In this document: positions 26,810-39,097 of the stretch, in pieces
How positions within the stretch are numbered: the stretch's first letter is position 1
How the letters are laid out: every line of letters begins with the position of its first letter
Assembly: GCA_964016885.1 (NCBI GenBank)
Contig: OZ024741.1
Location: 297,910,001 to 297,974,000 of the forward strand
Source of the DNA: Eledone cirrhosa
Lineage: Eukaryota
DNA: 64,000 nucleotides
Direction of reading: 5' to 3'
The notes under the pieces: model-generated
The model's input: only the letters and a program-made list of their open reading frames with translations
Told to the model about the DNA's origin: nothing
The model's database searches: none
Program-made: the position numbers and the translations under genes

Positions 26810-27833
26810 ATTTCTATTTATTGCCACTAGGGTGCAAAAGAAGGGGACAAAGACAAGGGAGGAGTTTACATAAAAAGGCGAGTAAAGAAAACAAATAAAT
26901 ATAAAATTAACAATAAAGTCCTCAATAGGGAAGGGGCGTTTGGGGGGTCGCACACACCCCCGAAAAAAGTGTGCAACCCCTTCTCCTCAGGAGCACAGAG
27001 AGAGGGTGCTCCCTCGTTCCTTCCTTTTTTCTACCTACAGGCTGATATAGAGAGAAGGCCAATTCACACGGGCCATTCTCGCTACTTTCACCCACCTTTC
27101 ATAAAAACAACTGGGGTTGAGCATCTCTCTCCATCCTGATCCTTCTTCCGAAATGATATCGGAAGAAACAGATCAGTTGTTGGCCAGAGAGAAAGGTGCC
27201 TGAGCTGAGTCCTTTCAGACGCGTCCACCGTACAACCTCTTTCACCATGGCTATTACGCACAGAAACACCGCCTCTCCTTCATTTTTGAAGGGGGGAGGC
27301 GGCTTAAACGTTACAATGGCCTCGGTTGTCAACCGGATCGGTCCCACCCTTGATAGCAGTCATTCGAAATAGCCCCACAGATCGGCTACGCCCGAGTCGT
27401 GTACCAATACGTGTGCAACGGTTTCCTCGTCGCGCACGCATCTGGGACAGAACTTTTTGGCGGGATCCCTACCCGAGCGCACGTGTCTGTAGAGCTTTTC
27501 TCGAACGGGTAGAGCCCCTCGGTAGCCAGGGACTTCTGGAAGTTGTCCATAGGTCCCGGGCTGAATGTCCTACCGAACAGGCTGGCCAGTTCGTCTTCCT
27601 CCATGTCTTGGGCTTCTCCGAGGGCGTCGTCGCACCTGCTGCGTACCAGCCCTCTATAGAATGTCGCGGTGGAGTCTCCAATGATAACCGGGTCCACCTG
27701 CCAGAGGGCTGTGAGCGCCTGGGCACACCCAGTGTGCCAGGCGCCCAGTTTTCTCGGTCTTTGCTTGACCCAAGATTGCAGCTCGGTGAGTGAGACGAGT
27801 CTGGGAAATATTCGTCTCACAAACGGGGCCCAC
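26810..27833 (-). mobile_element. 5'-truncated L1/Tx1-clade LINE with 12-bp TSD
   Basis: GC-rich. Minus strand encodes AWHTGCAQALTAL..TATFYRGLV.. and, after a frameshift, LPVREKL..CPRCVRDEETVAH (zf-RVT/CCHC-like). AATAAA near the 3' end. ACAAATATATAG flanks it at 26798-26809 and 27834-27845. Confidence 0.8.
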
Positions 27834-28641
27834 ACAAATATATAGCTGATCTCTCAGACTTTCACGAAACACCGAGGAGATACAGTTAATATAACGAGTG
27901 GGAACTCATATATATATATATATATATATGGTACAGCATGGTGTTATGTGGTCTGGTGTGGTACAACATGGTGTGATGTGGTGTGGTATGATATGGTGGG
28001 GCAGGGAGGGGGGAGACAACGTTAGATTAATGTTAACAATACACATGTAACATCCACATGTGATGAGAAGGGGGAAACAGTGTTTAACTAATTTTAACAT
28101 TACATGTAACATCCATCTACAGGTGATTAAGTTAAGACTGAGGTGTAATCATGAAAAGGTCAATTTAAAACTACACATATTCTGCTTAAAATGATGGTCA
28201 ATGAAGTGTTTACTTACTCAGATCCTTTGAAATAACTTTCTTTCTCTTACTGTAACTGGACATACCTATGAAATAGAAAACAGTCGAATAGACAGTGGTG
28301 TGGTGTAGTGTAGTGGAGTGTGGTTTAGTATAGTGGACAGTGGTGTGGTGTAGTGGAGTGTGGTTTAGTGTAGTGGACAGTGGTGTGGTGGAGTGTGTTT
28401 CAATGTAGGGTGGGAGATATTGTGTAGTGGAGTGTGGTGGGATGTAGTGTGGTAGCATGTGGTGTGATGGCATGTGATGTGATGTGATGAAATGTGGCGT
28501 GGCGTGGTGAAATGTAATGTGATGTGATGAAATGTGGCGTGGCGTGGTGAAATGAGGCGTGGCGTGGTGAAATGAGGCGAGACGAGACGTGGTGTGATGT
28601 GATATGGTGAGATATGGTGTGGTGTGGTGTGATGTGATGTG

Positions 28642-29597
28642 AAATTTTTTCATCCTATTTTTCATGTGCTATCAACTCATCCAATCTCCAAGATGCTTGA
28701 AACTGACTTTCTCCCACCGGGAAAACGGCGGGGTGAGGTGGTTCCCCCTTCACCCGGATAACCCCTGCTTACTCGGAATTTTCTCTTTGATTCTATTTTC
28801 ATGCATTATCAGTGAATATGACTTCCAAACTAGTCAAAAACAACTAGCTTTGGAGAAAGAGGAGGGAGAAGGGAAGAGTTTTGCAGATCTACACCCCACT
28901 CACATGTTGTGGGACTTAATCATTTTCGGTATATTTCCTGTGCTATTAATTTCCTGTGCTATTTCCTATGCTATTTCCTATGCTATTTCCTATGCTATTT
29001 CCTGTGCTATTTCCTGTGCTATTAATTAATCTGACCTCCTAGATGCTTCCAACCAACTTATTTCCATGGGTTAGGTTTAGGGTAATGTTTAGGGTCTAGT
29101 TTTAGGGTTGGGGTAAAGTTTAGGGTTTAGTTTTAGGTTTGGGGTAAAGTTTAGGGTTTAGTTTTAGGTTTGGGGTAAAGTTTAGGGTTTAGTTTTAGGT
29201 TTGGGGTAATGTTTAGGGGCTAGATTTAATTTTATGTTTAATTTAGTTTTAGTTTCCAAATCCCAGAAAAAAAAATTGATTCAGAGCAACTAAAAGGTCA
29301 GATTAGTTGATAGCACTCAAAAGGAGACCGAAGAAAAATCATTAGGGTATATATCTACAAAACGACAATGGTTTTTCCACCTACTTTACCCCTCCTTTTT
29401 CCTAGAACAACTAATCATTTCCAACTGGTTTGGAGGTCATATTTGTTGATAACATACGAAAAATCTTAGAGAAAACTCTGGGGTTAAAGGAGAGAAGTTC
29501 ATCCACCTAAGTTTTCCATGAAGAGAGAGTCAATAACAAACATCTTGGAGTTCGGATTAGTTGATAACACATGAAAAACAGATGAGGAAAAAATTTT
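28642..29597. mobile_element. Non-autonomous TIR element with diverged long inverted ends and internal telomere-like repeats
   Basis: Left end AAATTTTTTCATCCTATTTTTCATGTGCTATCAACTCATCCAATCTCCAAGATG is the inverse of right end CATCTTGGAGTTCGGATTAGTTGATAACACATGAAAAACAGATGAGGAAAAAATTTT. Internal 30-bp TTAGGG-containing repeats at 29070-29225. Embedded in (GTGTG)n. Confidence 0.65.
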
Positions 29598-30003
29598 GGG
29601 TGTTGTGTGGTGTGGAGTAGTGTGGTGTGTTTTTATGTGGTGTGATGTAGTGAGGTGTGTTTTATGTGGTGTGATGTAGTGAGATGAGGTGTGGTGTGTT
29701 GTGTTGTGATGTGGTGTGGTGTAGTGTTGTATGTTTTTATGCAGTGAAGTGTGGTGTGATGTGGTGCAGTGCACTGTGATGTGGTGTGGTGCAGTGCGGT
29801 GCAGTGAGGTTCTTCATCTTTATCTTTCTCTTCTTCATCTTTGTATTCATCTTCTTTATTTTGTCTTCCATCTAAAAAAAAAAAAATTTATATATAAAAC
29901 ATATCTGTAGCCAATCTCTCAGACTTTTACAAAGCTCCAGGGAGATAAATTTAATATAAGTGGTGTGTTTCTGAACAGAGATACTACAAAATAGCTTAAA
30001 AGC

Positions 30004-30037
<34 letters not shown>

Positions 30038-30184
30038 TATACACGGGTGTGTATGATTGTGTATAGAAGATTATATTAATAAAAGGAATTCCAACTTTGT
30101 CTGATTTACTCGTTTTATTTACAATCCTTTAAAATTATAATGGTATTAGAATGAAATAGCATGGTAGAATATTAAGTGTTAATT

Positions 30185-30222
30185 GAACAAGTAATTTCAT
30201 GCTTTCGCAATCTTCAGGTTCA
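30185..30222 (-). ncRNA. Minimal type I hammerhead ribozyme-like motif (Penelope pLTR remnant)
   Basis: Reverse strand TGAAC-CTGAAGA-TTGCGAAAGCAT-GAAA-TTACTT-GTTCA. Stem I is TGAAC/GTTCA and both core boxes are intact; stem III is degenerate. Confidence 0.5.
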
Positions 30223-30323
30223 TATTCTGTGGTGACAGTCAAGTTTACAATTTTCAACTGTAATGAGATGGGTAAATTTTGTGCCTTATATACAGTGAAA
30301 AGCGGCTACAGAATGCTATATTT

Positions 30324-32833
30324 TGTCCGCACCCCAATCCGGACTGCCTGGCGCTATAAAAGACAGATTCTATGAGACACTGATGCTCACTACCTCCCAA
30401 ATAACCGACAGTGACTATATAATTATTGCTGGCGACCTAAATGGTCACGTTGGACAACATTGTGACAGCTATGACGGAATCCATGGAGGCTATGGGTTTG
30501 ATACTAGAAATGAGGAAGGCCCCAGAATCCTGGAATTCTGTGACGCAAATAACCTATCTGTAACACTAACTTCAAAAAGCGAGACAATCACTTGATCACC
30601 TACAGATCAGGGGAACATACCAGCCAGGTAGATTATATCCTTACCAGAAGACGTGACAGAGTGTCTGTTGTAAACACTAAATCCCTCCCCCATGAAGAAT
30701 GCACCTCTCATGTACTCGACAACAGAAGAGGACTATCCTCAGGAGAAAAATATGGAAGCTAAAGGACCCCACAGCCAGAAATAAATTTCAAAGCATATTA
30801 CTTGATGCTTTCGACAGTAAGGAAGAGCAATTAGAGTCGTACAATATAGAGGAACAGTGGGAATTCCTGAAAGCAAACCTGCTGATGGCGACAGATGAAG
30901 TCTGCGGCTGGAGCAGACCTATAGGCAGGAGGAGAGTAACGTGGTGGTGGAACAGTAAGGTGGAGGAGACAATTAAGGCCAAAAAGCAGGCTTGGAAAGT
31001 ATGGCGGGATGGGGGAAGTAGAGAAGACTATCAAGTGGCCAGGAGGGAAGCTAGGAGACAAGTGTACTTCGCAAGAAGGGAAGCAGAGGAAAGAAAGTTC
31101 AAGCATGTTCTACAACACGAGGACCAAAAACGTTAAGTCTTCAGGATTGCTAGGCAATGTGTCAAGGAAAACCGTGATATTGTCGTGGAGAAGTGTGTCC
31201 TTAATGATGATAGTGTACTTGCCATCACTGATGCTGATAAGAAGGTAGCTTGGAAGTGTCACTACGAAAGGCTACTAAATGAGGAGAATAAATGGGAGAA
31301 AGACAGTCTCCCCCACATCGATCCAATAGAGGGACCAGCAGTGCTAGTTGAAGGTAGTATAATAAGTAAGGCAATCAAAGATATGAAGACGGGTAAGGCG
31401 GCTGAAATGCTGAAAGCATCTGGAACGGTGGGACACACTATGGTCACCCGGATAGTAAACCAAGTCATACAGAATGGGGTTGTTCCGAAGGACTGGCGTA
31501 GCAGCATCATCATTAACTGCTACAAGGGTAAAGGAGATGCCCTAGATATGGGTAACTATAGAGGCATTAAATTAATGGACCAGGTCATGAAGATCACAGA
31601 AAAAGTAATAGCGCAACTAATCAGAGAGCGAATTGATCTAGATGAAATGCAGTTCGGGTTTGTGTCAGGTAAAAGTACCACAGACACTCTTTTCATTGTA
31701 CGACAACTACAGGAGAAGTACCTAGCTAAAAGTAAACCCCTATACTTAGCTTTTGTCGACTTGGAGAAAGCCTTTGACAGAGTCCCCTGTTCCATTATCT
31801 GGTGGGCTCTTAGAAAACTAGGCGTTGATGAATGGCTTGTGAGAGCTATACAAGCCATGTATAAAGAAACAGTCAGCAAGGTTAGAATTAACAATGAATA
31901 TAGTGAAGAGTTTAGCGTAAAAGTTGGTGTTCATCAGGGCTTCGTTTTTAGCCCCCTACTATTTATTATTGCCCTTCAGGCTATAACAGTGGAGTTCAAG
32001 ACTGGCTGCCCATGGGAACTCCTATATGCAGATGATCTAACGCTCATAGCTGAATCAATGGCTGAACTAGAGAAGAAATTCCAAACATGGAAGCATGGCC
32101 TAGAATCAAAAGGCCTTAAAATTAACCTAAGACTAAAGTTCTAGTTTGTAGGAAGGAAAATAGGGCACCGGTCCCATCCAGGAAATGGCCATGCTCAGTG
32201 TGTAGGAAAGGAGTAGGCAGAAACTCCATTTTATGTCCCAAATGCAAAGTATGGGTGCATAAAAGATGTAGTGGCATCACAGGTAAGCTAACTAAGAATA
32301 TAGATTTTATATGTGGCCGGTGCTCTGGTGCAACAAGTAGCAGCAAGTGCCCACAGAATACTAGCTCATTCCATTGCACAGATGGTTCTATAGAAATAGT
32401 GGACACCTTCCGTTACTTGGGTGACAAAATCAGCAGTGATGGAGGGTGCTCTGAAAGTACAGTAGCTAGAGTCAGAACTGGATGGAAAAAGTTCAGAGAG
32501 CTTATACCACTATTAGCCGCTAAAGGGTTCTCTCTAAAAATGAAAGGCAGGCTGTATGATGCCTGCATACGAACAGCAATGTTACATGGCAGTGAGACCT
32601 GGGCATTGTGTGCAGAGGATATACACAGACTGGAGAGGAACGAAGCTTGCATGCTCCGCTGGATGTGTAATAGTAATATACGTGAACGGCAAAGCATAAA
32701 TGAACTAAGGGAAAAATTAGAAATAAGGGGGATCAGATGCTGTTTACTCGAGAAAAGACTACGTTGGTACGGTCACGTGATGCGCATGAAAGACGACAGC
32801 TGCATAAAAATTTGCAGGGCGATAAAAATAGAC
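30324..32833 (+). mobile_element. RTE LINE family A copy, truncated at both ends, with stops and frameshifts
   Basis: ORFs 30323, 30699, 31185 and 32198 are collinear with, and nearly identical to, the 1075-aa ORF (GDLNGH, FVDLEKAFD, LYADD, PHD-like finger). Confidence 0.95.
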
Positions 32834-32835
32834 GT

Positions 32836-33309
32836 AGTATTAATTATGCAGACACTCAATATTTCAATGTTATTTTCAACTATTATCTCATCAGAATAAT
32901 CTCATTGAGAACTTGTTTGGTTTTTATAGAGAATATTAAGAGGGAGGAGTGAAGTTAGAAGAATAGTTAAGGGAGTGTATAGAAATTGTTGATAGCAGTG
33001 GGTAATTATATTCCCATCTGTTGTTTTGACATTTTTATAGAATACATTATTTGGCTGGTTAGTTTTCTAAATCTATAGAAGGATTAGTGATAGTAAAGAT
33101 ATGCATGGTTGATTTTGTGTTTGCACTTAATTAACATACAGCCTTAAATTTTTCTTTCAAGTGTGTGTATCCATTCGCCCACACATAGATATATGTGTAT
33201 ATATACTTATTTTTTTAAAAAACATACACATTCACACACATACATATATGCACACCTCTACAAATACATACACTCACATACACATACTTACATACATATA
33301 TACATGTAC

Positions 33310-33340
<31 letters not shown>

Positions 33341-33605
33341 CATATGGACCCACATACGCATTCATGTATATACACTTTCATACTCTACTTATCTTCATAT
33401 ACACACATATAGACACACACATATATACATACATACTCCTGTCTATGAGTATATATATATATATATATATATATATTTGGGGAGGGTCATATTTGCGTAA
33501 TATTGCCAGAATTAATAACAGAACACACTCACTGTTTGGTTGGTTTTCGCTTCTCGCTGTCTTTTATATCTGCGATCTAACTTACTCGGTCCTCAATGTT
33601 GCCAT

Positions 33606-33652
<47 letters not shown>

Positions 33653-36114
33653 AATACACATATACATGAATACACATACATTTAATTATCAACATCAAAT
33701 ATATATATATATATATATATATACACTCACTCACTTATTTACTTATTTATATACATTTTCACCTATATACATACATATGGTCGCTTAGACACATTCATTA
33801 TAGCATATTCGCACCTATTCTCACCAGCATATTTATCCATTATTAGTGTGATAATTTAAGGTTATTAATAGTACATATAGATGTTGAGAATTGATTTTTT
33901 TTTTATATTTTTCTAACTAGATTGAGGATTTGTATAGTTGGGAGGATGTCCCTCGTTTATGTAATATTCAGCTTGTAGTGGGAAAAAAGGGTTTTAGTTC
34001 GGTGACGGCAGAATAATGTTCGTTCGATTCTGTTATTAAGCAGTTTCTTCTTGTGTGTGATTATGTAATAAATCTCAAGATTACATAATTTGCAGAAATT
34101 TTGACTCCTGGAAAAGCTTTGGGTTTTAACTAATTCCTCCCATTTTAGGGTAAACTTTTGATCGCTATCCCTGAGTGTCCAAGCTTTTTCTGCTAAAGTT
34201 GTTACATTTCTTTGGCTCTGGTGTTTTATTGAGTAAGAATGCCTATATAATCGAGATTTAAACGATGTTGCCGTTGATCCCACGTAATACCACTCGTTGC
34301 CTCCGGATTCAATGGTACACTTATAGATGATATTTTTTTCCAGGCAGTTATTGCCGAGGGGGCAATTGTCTGGATAGGTGCAGTTACAGTTGTGTACGTT
34401 TGTTTTGTAGTTAGGTTTACTCTGTAGTAGTATTGCGGACGAACTTAGGTGTGGTTTATTTATGTTCTGTAGTGTATTGTCTACTGTTTTTTTTGTGCTC
34501 TTTGTACTTAAGTTTTTAGTGTTTTCGTTTAACCTTCTAGTATTGATCTTTTTTATGTGTTCAAGGGTTAACGCTGTAGAGTATGACAGTCTTATAGTGG
34601 TAGGGTTTAGGATTTTGTGGTATTTGTGTGATGTAGGAAAATGTTTCCTAACTATTTTAAAGAAGAGTACTGGTAAATTTGTACTAATGGAACTATTGTA
34701 TTCAGGGTTATACCATAAGTACTCTTTGCATCGCTTTCTATTAGTTTTGTTTGTTGGTTTACTGGTGTGTACACTATGGTAGTAAGTGTGGTTTGGTGTT
34801 GTGTTATTATTTCTACCTATGTGGGATTTATTTTGGGTGTTTTGATTGTTTTCATCTATATATTCTATTTTGTTGAGGTAGCCTGCTTTACTAAGGGCGT
34901 TATCGTAGTACTCGGCGTGTTCCTTAAATACTTGTATGTTAGAAGATAGACCCGAGATTCTAAGGGGAATATTTTTAGGGATAGATTTAATTATAGAGAT
35001 GGGTGGTTAGACCCAACATTTACGTACTTGAGATTTTCATTCAATTTATGAAACGGTTTAATCAGACCAGAGTTTAAATTGAGTGTGACATCCAGGAAGT
35101 TAACTACTTTAAGGTTGTGTTCATATGTTATAGTTAGTCCTATTTCGAGTAGTAGTTTTCTTATATCATTGCGTAGTTTTTCTAGTTTTTGGTTATCTAG
35201 ATTTTTAACTAGGAGGAGAGCATCATCGTGGTATATTCCACCATGAAGATTACTGAATTTTTCCTGGAGTTTAAAGGCGATAAATAACCCCACAATATCA
35301 GTTATTTCTGCCGAATCGTTAGAGCCCATTGTTATGTCAAAGTTGGAGGGTCTATCTTTACGAACCCAATAACTGTTCTCAAATTTGACTATAGTTTTCC
35401 TAGCTTCTAATATAATCTTAATTTCTTCGTTTGTAAGGTCAGAGTTATCCTTAGCAAACTCAATGGCTCTATTTAGAGTTTCAGGTGATATCGATGAGTA
35501 ATATTAAAAAATCTCGATTATATAGGCATTCTTACTCAATAAAACACCAGAGCCAAAGAAATGTAACAACTTTAGCAGAAAAAGCTTGGACACTCAGGGA
35601 TAGCGATCAAAAGTTTACCCTAAAATGGGAGAAATTAGCTAAAACCCAAAGCTTTTCCAAAGAGCCAAAATTTCTGCAAATTATGTAATCTTGAGATTTA
35701 TTACATAATCACACACAAGAAGAAACTGCTTAATAACAGAATCGAACGAACATTATTCTGCCGTCACCGAACTAAAACCCTTTTTTCCCACTACAAGCTG
35801 AATATTACATAAACGAGGGACATCCTCCCAACTATACAAATCCTCAATCTAGTTAGAAAAATATAAAAAAAAAATCAATTCTCAACATCTATATGTACTA
35901 TTAATAACCTTAAATTATCACACTAATAATGGATAAATATGCTGGTGAGAATAAGTGTGCGAATATGCTATAATGAATGTGTCTAAAAGCGACCATATGT
36001 ATGTATATAGGTGAAAATGTATATAAATAAGTAAATAAGTGAGTGAGTGTATATATATATATATATATATATTTGGTGTTGATAATTAAATGTATGTGTA
36101 TTCATGTATATGTG

Positions 36115-36156
<42 letters not shown>

Positions 36157-36258
36157 GACAGGAGTATGTATGTATATATGTGTGTGTCTATATGTGTGTA
36201 TATGAAGATAAGTAGAGTATGAAAGTGTATATACATGAATGCGTATGTGGGTACATAT

Positions 36259-36309
<51 letters not shown>

Positions 36310-36850
36310 TGTATATATGTATGTAAGTATGAGCATGTAAGTATGTATATGTGAGTGTATGTATTTGTAGAGGTGTGCATATATGTATGTGTGTGAATGT
36401 GTATGTTTTTTTAAAAAATAAGTATATATACACATATATCTATGTGTGGGCGAACGGATACACACACTTGAAAGAAAAATTTAAGTCTGTATGTTAATTA
36501 AGTGCAAACACGAAACCAACCATGCACATCTTTACTATCTCTAATCCTTCTATAGATTTAGAAAAATAACCAACGCCAAATAATGTATTCTATAAAAATG
36601 TCAAAACAACAGATGGGAATATAATAACCCACTGCTATCAAAAATGTCTATACACTCCCTTAACTATTCTTCTAACTTCACTCCTCCCTCTTAATATTCT
36701 ATATAAAAACCAAACAAGTTCTCAATGAGATGAAATGATAGTTGAAAATAACATTGAAATATTGAGTGTCTGCATAATTAATACTTTGTAGATAGCAGCT
36801 GTTTTCAGGTTATATAACCGTTATTGAAACACGTGTCAATAATTCCTTTT
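32836..36850 (-). mobile_element. Penelope-like retroelement (RT + GIY-YIG) with a ~1.3-kb inverted duplication
   Basis: RT MGSNDSAEITDIVG..GGIYHDDAL..VNFLDVTLNL (34991-35329). Endonuclease CNC..NCPLGNNCL..IIYK..YYVGST..FKSRLYRH (33957-34400). 32836-34258 is the reverse complement of 35511-36785. Contains stops. Confidence 0.9.
36776..36844 (+). ncRNA. Degenerate minimal hammerhead ribozyme in the Penelope pLTR
   Basis: GAAAC-ACGT-GTC (palindromic loop plus GUC cleavage triplet) at 36826-36837. The upstream TTGTAGA is a decayed CTGANGA. Confidence 0.55.
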
Positions 36851-37025
36851 ACTGAACTGTATCCATTTAAATCCTATTTTCTCCGGATTACTTTTGAAAC
36901 TACAACTGGAACCGTTGAGCAAACCCTACGTGAGCTGTCCATCTACTGTGTGTAATATTCGTATTACAACACTCCGGAAAATACTATATATATACATATA
37001 TATAGATTCATACATACATACACAC

Positions 37026-37069
<44 letters not shown>

Positions 37070-37346
37070 ACTTGACGAGGAGCATTCTAGTTCAATAAAC
37101 TGATTGAATAATACAAACGATGTTTTAATATACAGATTCATTATTTGTGTATATATAATATATACAAAGCATATAAATAAATTTACAGTAGAATAACATA
37201 GCAAATATGTTTTAAATATATACATAAATAACATTACCAATGTTTAAATAACATTATAAATTGCTCGCGATTCTTTCAGAAAAATATATTCCTTTAATGT
37301 TGCAATATTAAAGAAAATATACGTATATATATATATATATATATAT

Positions 37347-37393
<47 letters not shown>

Positions 37394-38549
37394 ATATTAA
37401 TAAATGGAAACTATATTTATAAAACCATATTTATTTTATATATATTTTAAGGACCACTGCTTTCATCAGATAAAATAAATATATATACATACATACACAC
37501 ATATATATATGTATGTATGAAACTTAATTATTCGTGTAATGCGACTCCTTTAACGTTTTTAATAATTATTTGATATTACTTACCTTCTTATCTTTTGCTT
37601 TTATTGTTTCTGCGTCGGTTAACATTGCGTTTATTCCCTGGAGAAAAATGGCGCCAAACTTTTCCCTTTGAAAGAATAATGTGATAGTGTTCACGTGATA
37701 TATAGCTGTCAGTCGTGAAAGCAGCCGATGAAAGCGGGCGAAGGTGACGTCATTCGTCATCGTTTATTTCCGTATTACTACCACCAAGTAACTCCACTTA
37801 CGCGTGGTAGTAATACGGAAATAAACGATGTTTTGCTTTCATCGGCTGCTTTCGACTGACAGCTAATAGATTTGTAGTGCCCATTGTTATGTTAAGATTG
37901 TTCTGAGAATGGCTGTAAGTGCTGATAGTTGTGTGACATAAAATATTTAATATTGAAACTAGGTATTAAAGCAAACAATCAAACACTAGCAGGAGTATAT
38001 TTAGTCTCGTATAATATACTGCTGAGTTTTACTAATGAGTTATTTAACATAGTTTGTGGTGTTGCTTGAGTGGCAATGGTGTATTGACATTTGAAACATT
38101 TTGTTGGGGCTCTGCTCAAAACGTTAGACTTTTCTTCTTCTTAGTGAACTAATTTACTACACTTTCTGAAAAATGTATACTTACTGTTATTCAATTCCAA
38201 GATATAATCTGTTTCTGGTTATTGAACGGCAATATTTTTTCTTTTTGTTTACATTCGGTCACAAAGTTATCTCTCTTATATTTATTGTCGTCAACAACAA
38301 AATTATCTCCCTTATATTTGTTGCCATGAACAACAAAACCTATCCAATATAGTTCATCTCCCCACTTCATTGTCACTACTAGTACCACCAGCCCACTGTC
38401 AATATACACCTTAACTCATTACCATAACAATTGCAACTACGCTATCACTGACACTGCCACAATATACCTACTGCTACCACATCGTACTCCATCACAATTT
38501 TTACCAACACCATTCCAACCTCTATATTAACTACTACAACAGAAACAAT

Positions 38550-38573
38550 ATGTCAGAGGAAAGGGTAGCTTTG
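38550..38573 (+). CDS. CFAP119: CFAP119/CCDC189-like, probable first coding exon (MSEERVAL)
   Basis: ATG..TTG|GTAAGT is phase 0 and compatible with the next exon; CAG acceptor ends at 38542. Assigned by phase only, not by recognisable homology. Confidence 0.55.
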
Positions 38574-39064
38574 GTAAGTCTATTGTAAATACTATATTAT
38601 TGTATTCTTTAAAAGATATTTCTAAAAGCTTCAGCAAAACCGGCGTTCATCCTATCACTTCTTACCAGCTACAATGTTGAAGTTTTAGATGATTTACTAT
38701 TTCACTTAGTTACTTCTTCTTGTTTCTACTTTGCATCAAATTAATTTTAATATATTCATTCAGCTTATATCTGTCATATCTATTTTAAAAATTATTTACT
38801 ATTGTGAGGTTTAATACAAGGTCTTGCAAACTATTCCATTCCCTAATAATTATTTGAGAAAAAAACATTTCTTGTATCTTTAGAGCATTGTTTTTATAAA
38901 GTTTATAATTATGACTTTCTTTTCATTCTTCTCAAATAGTGTACTAACATTTAAAGATTTATATTCTCAATTCCTTTCATTATGATAATACTTCTATCAT
39001 GACACCTCTTTGCTTTCTCTGCTATAAACACCCATGCACATACACTCTCACTCTCTCTCTCTCA

Positions 39065-39097
<33 letters not shown>

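Larger units (their letters stand above)
3772..37881. mobile_element. Merlin (IS1595/IS1016-like) transposon boundaries enclosing ~34 kb
   Basis: Left end GGCACTCCAACGCTATTAGCTGTCAGTC..CATCGTTTATTTCCGTATTACTACCACGCGTAAGTGGAGT. Right end reverse complement GGCACTACAAATCTATTAGCTGTCAGTC..CATCGTTTATTTCCGTATTACTACCACGCGTAAGTGGAGT. CATTGTTA lies directly outside both ends (3764-3771, 37882-37889), and a Merlin transposase lies inside. Confidence 0.8.

Noticed and set aside
29070-29225. True telomere or chromosome-fusion site
   Set aside because: Degenerate 30-bp units in a single orientation, internal to an inverted-repeat element.
33161-37240. Tyr/Ile/His-rich ORFs
   Set aside because: They are translations of (TA)n/(CA)n microsatellites.
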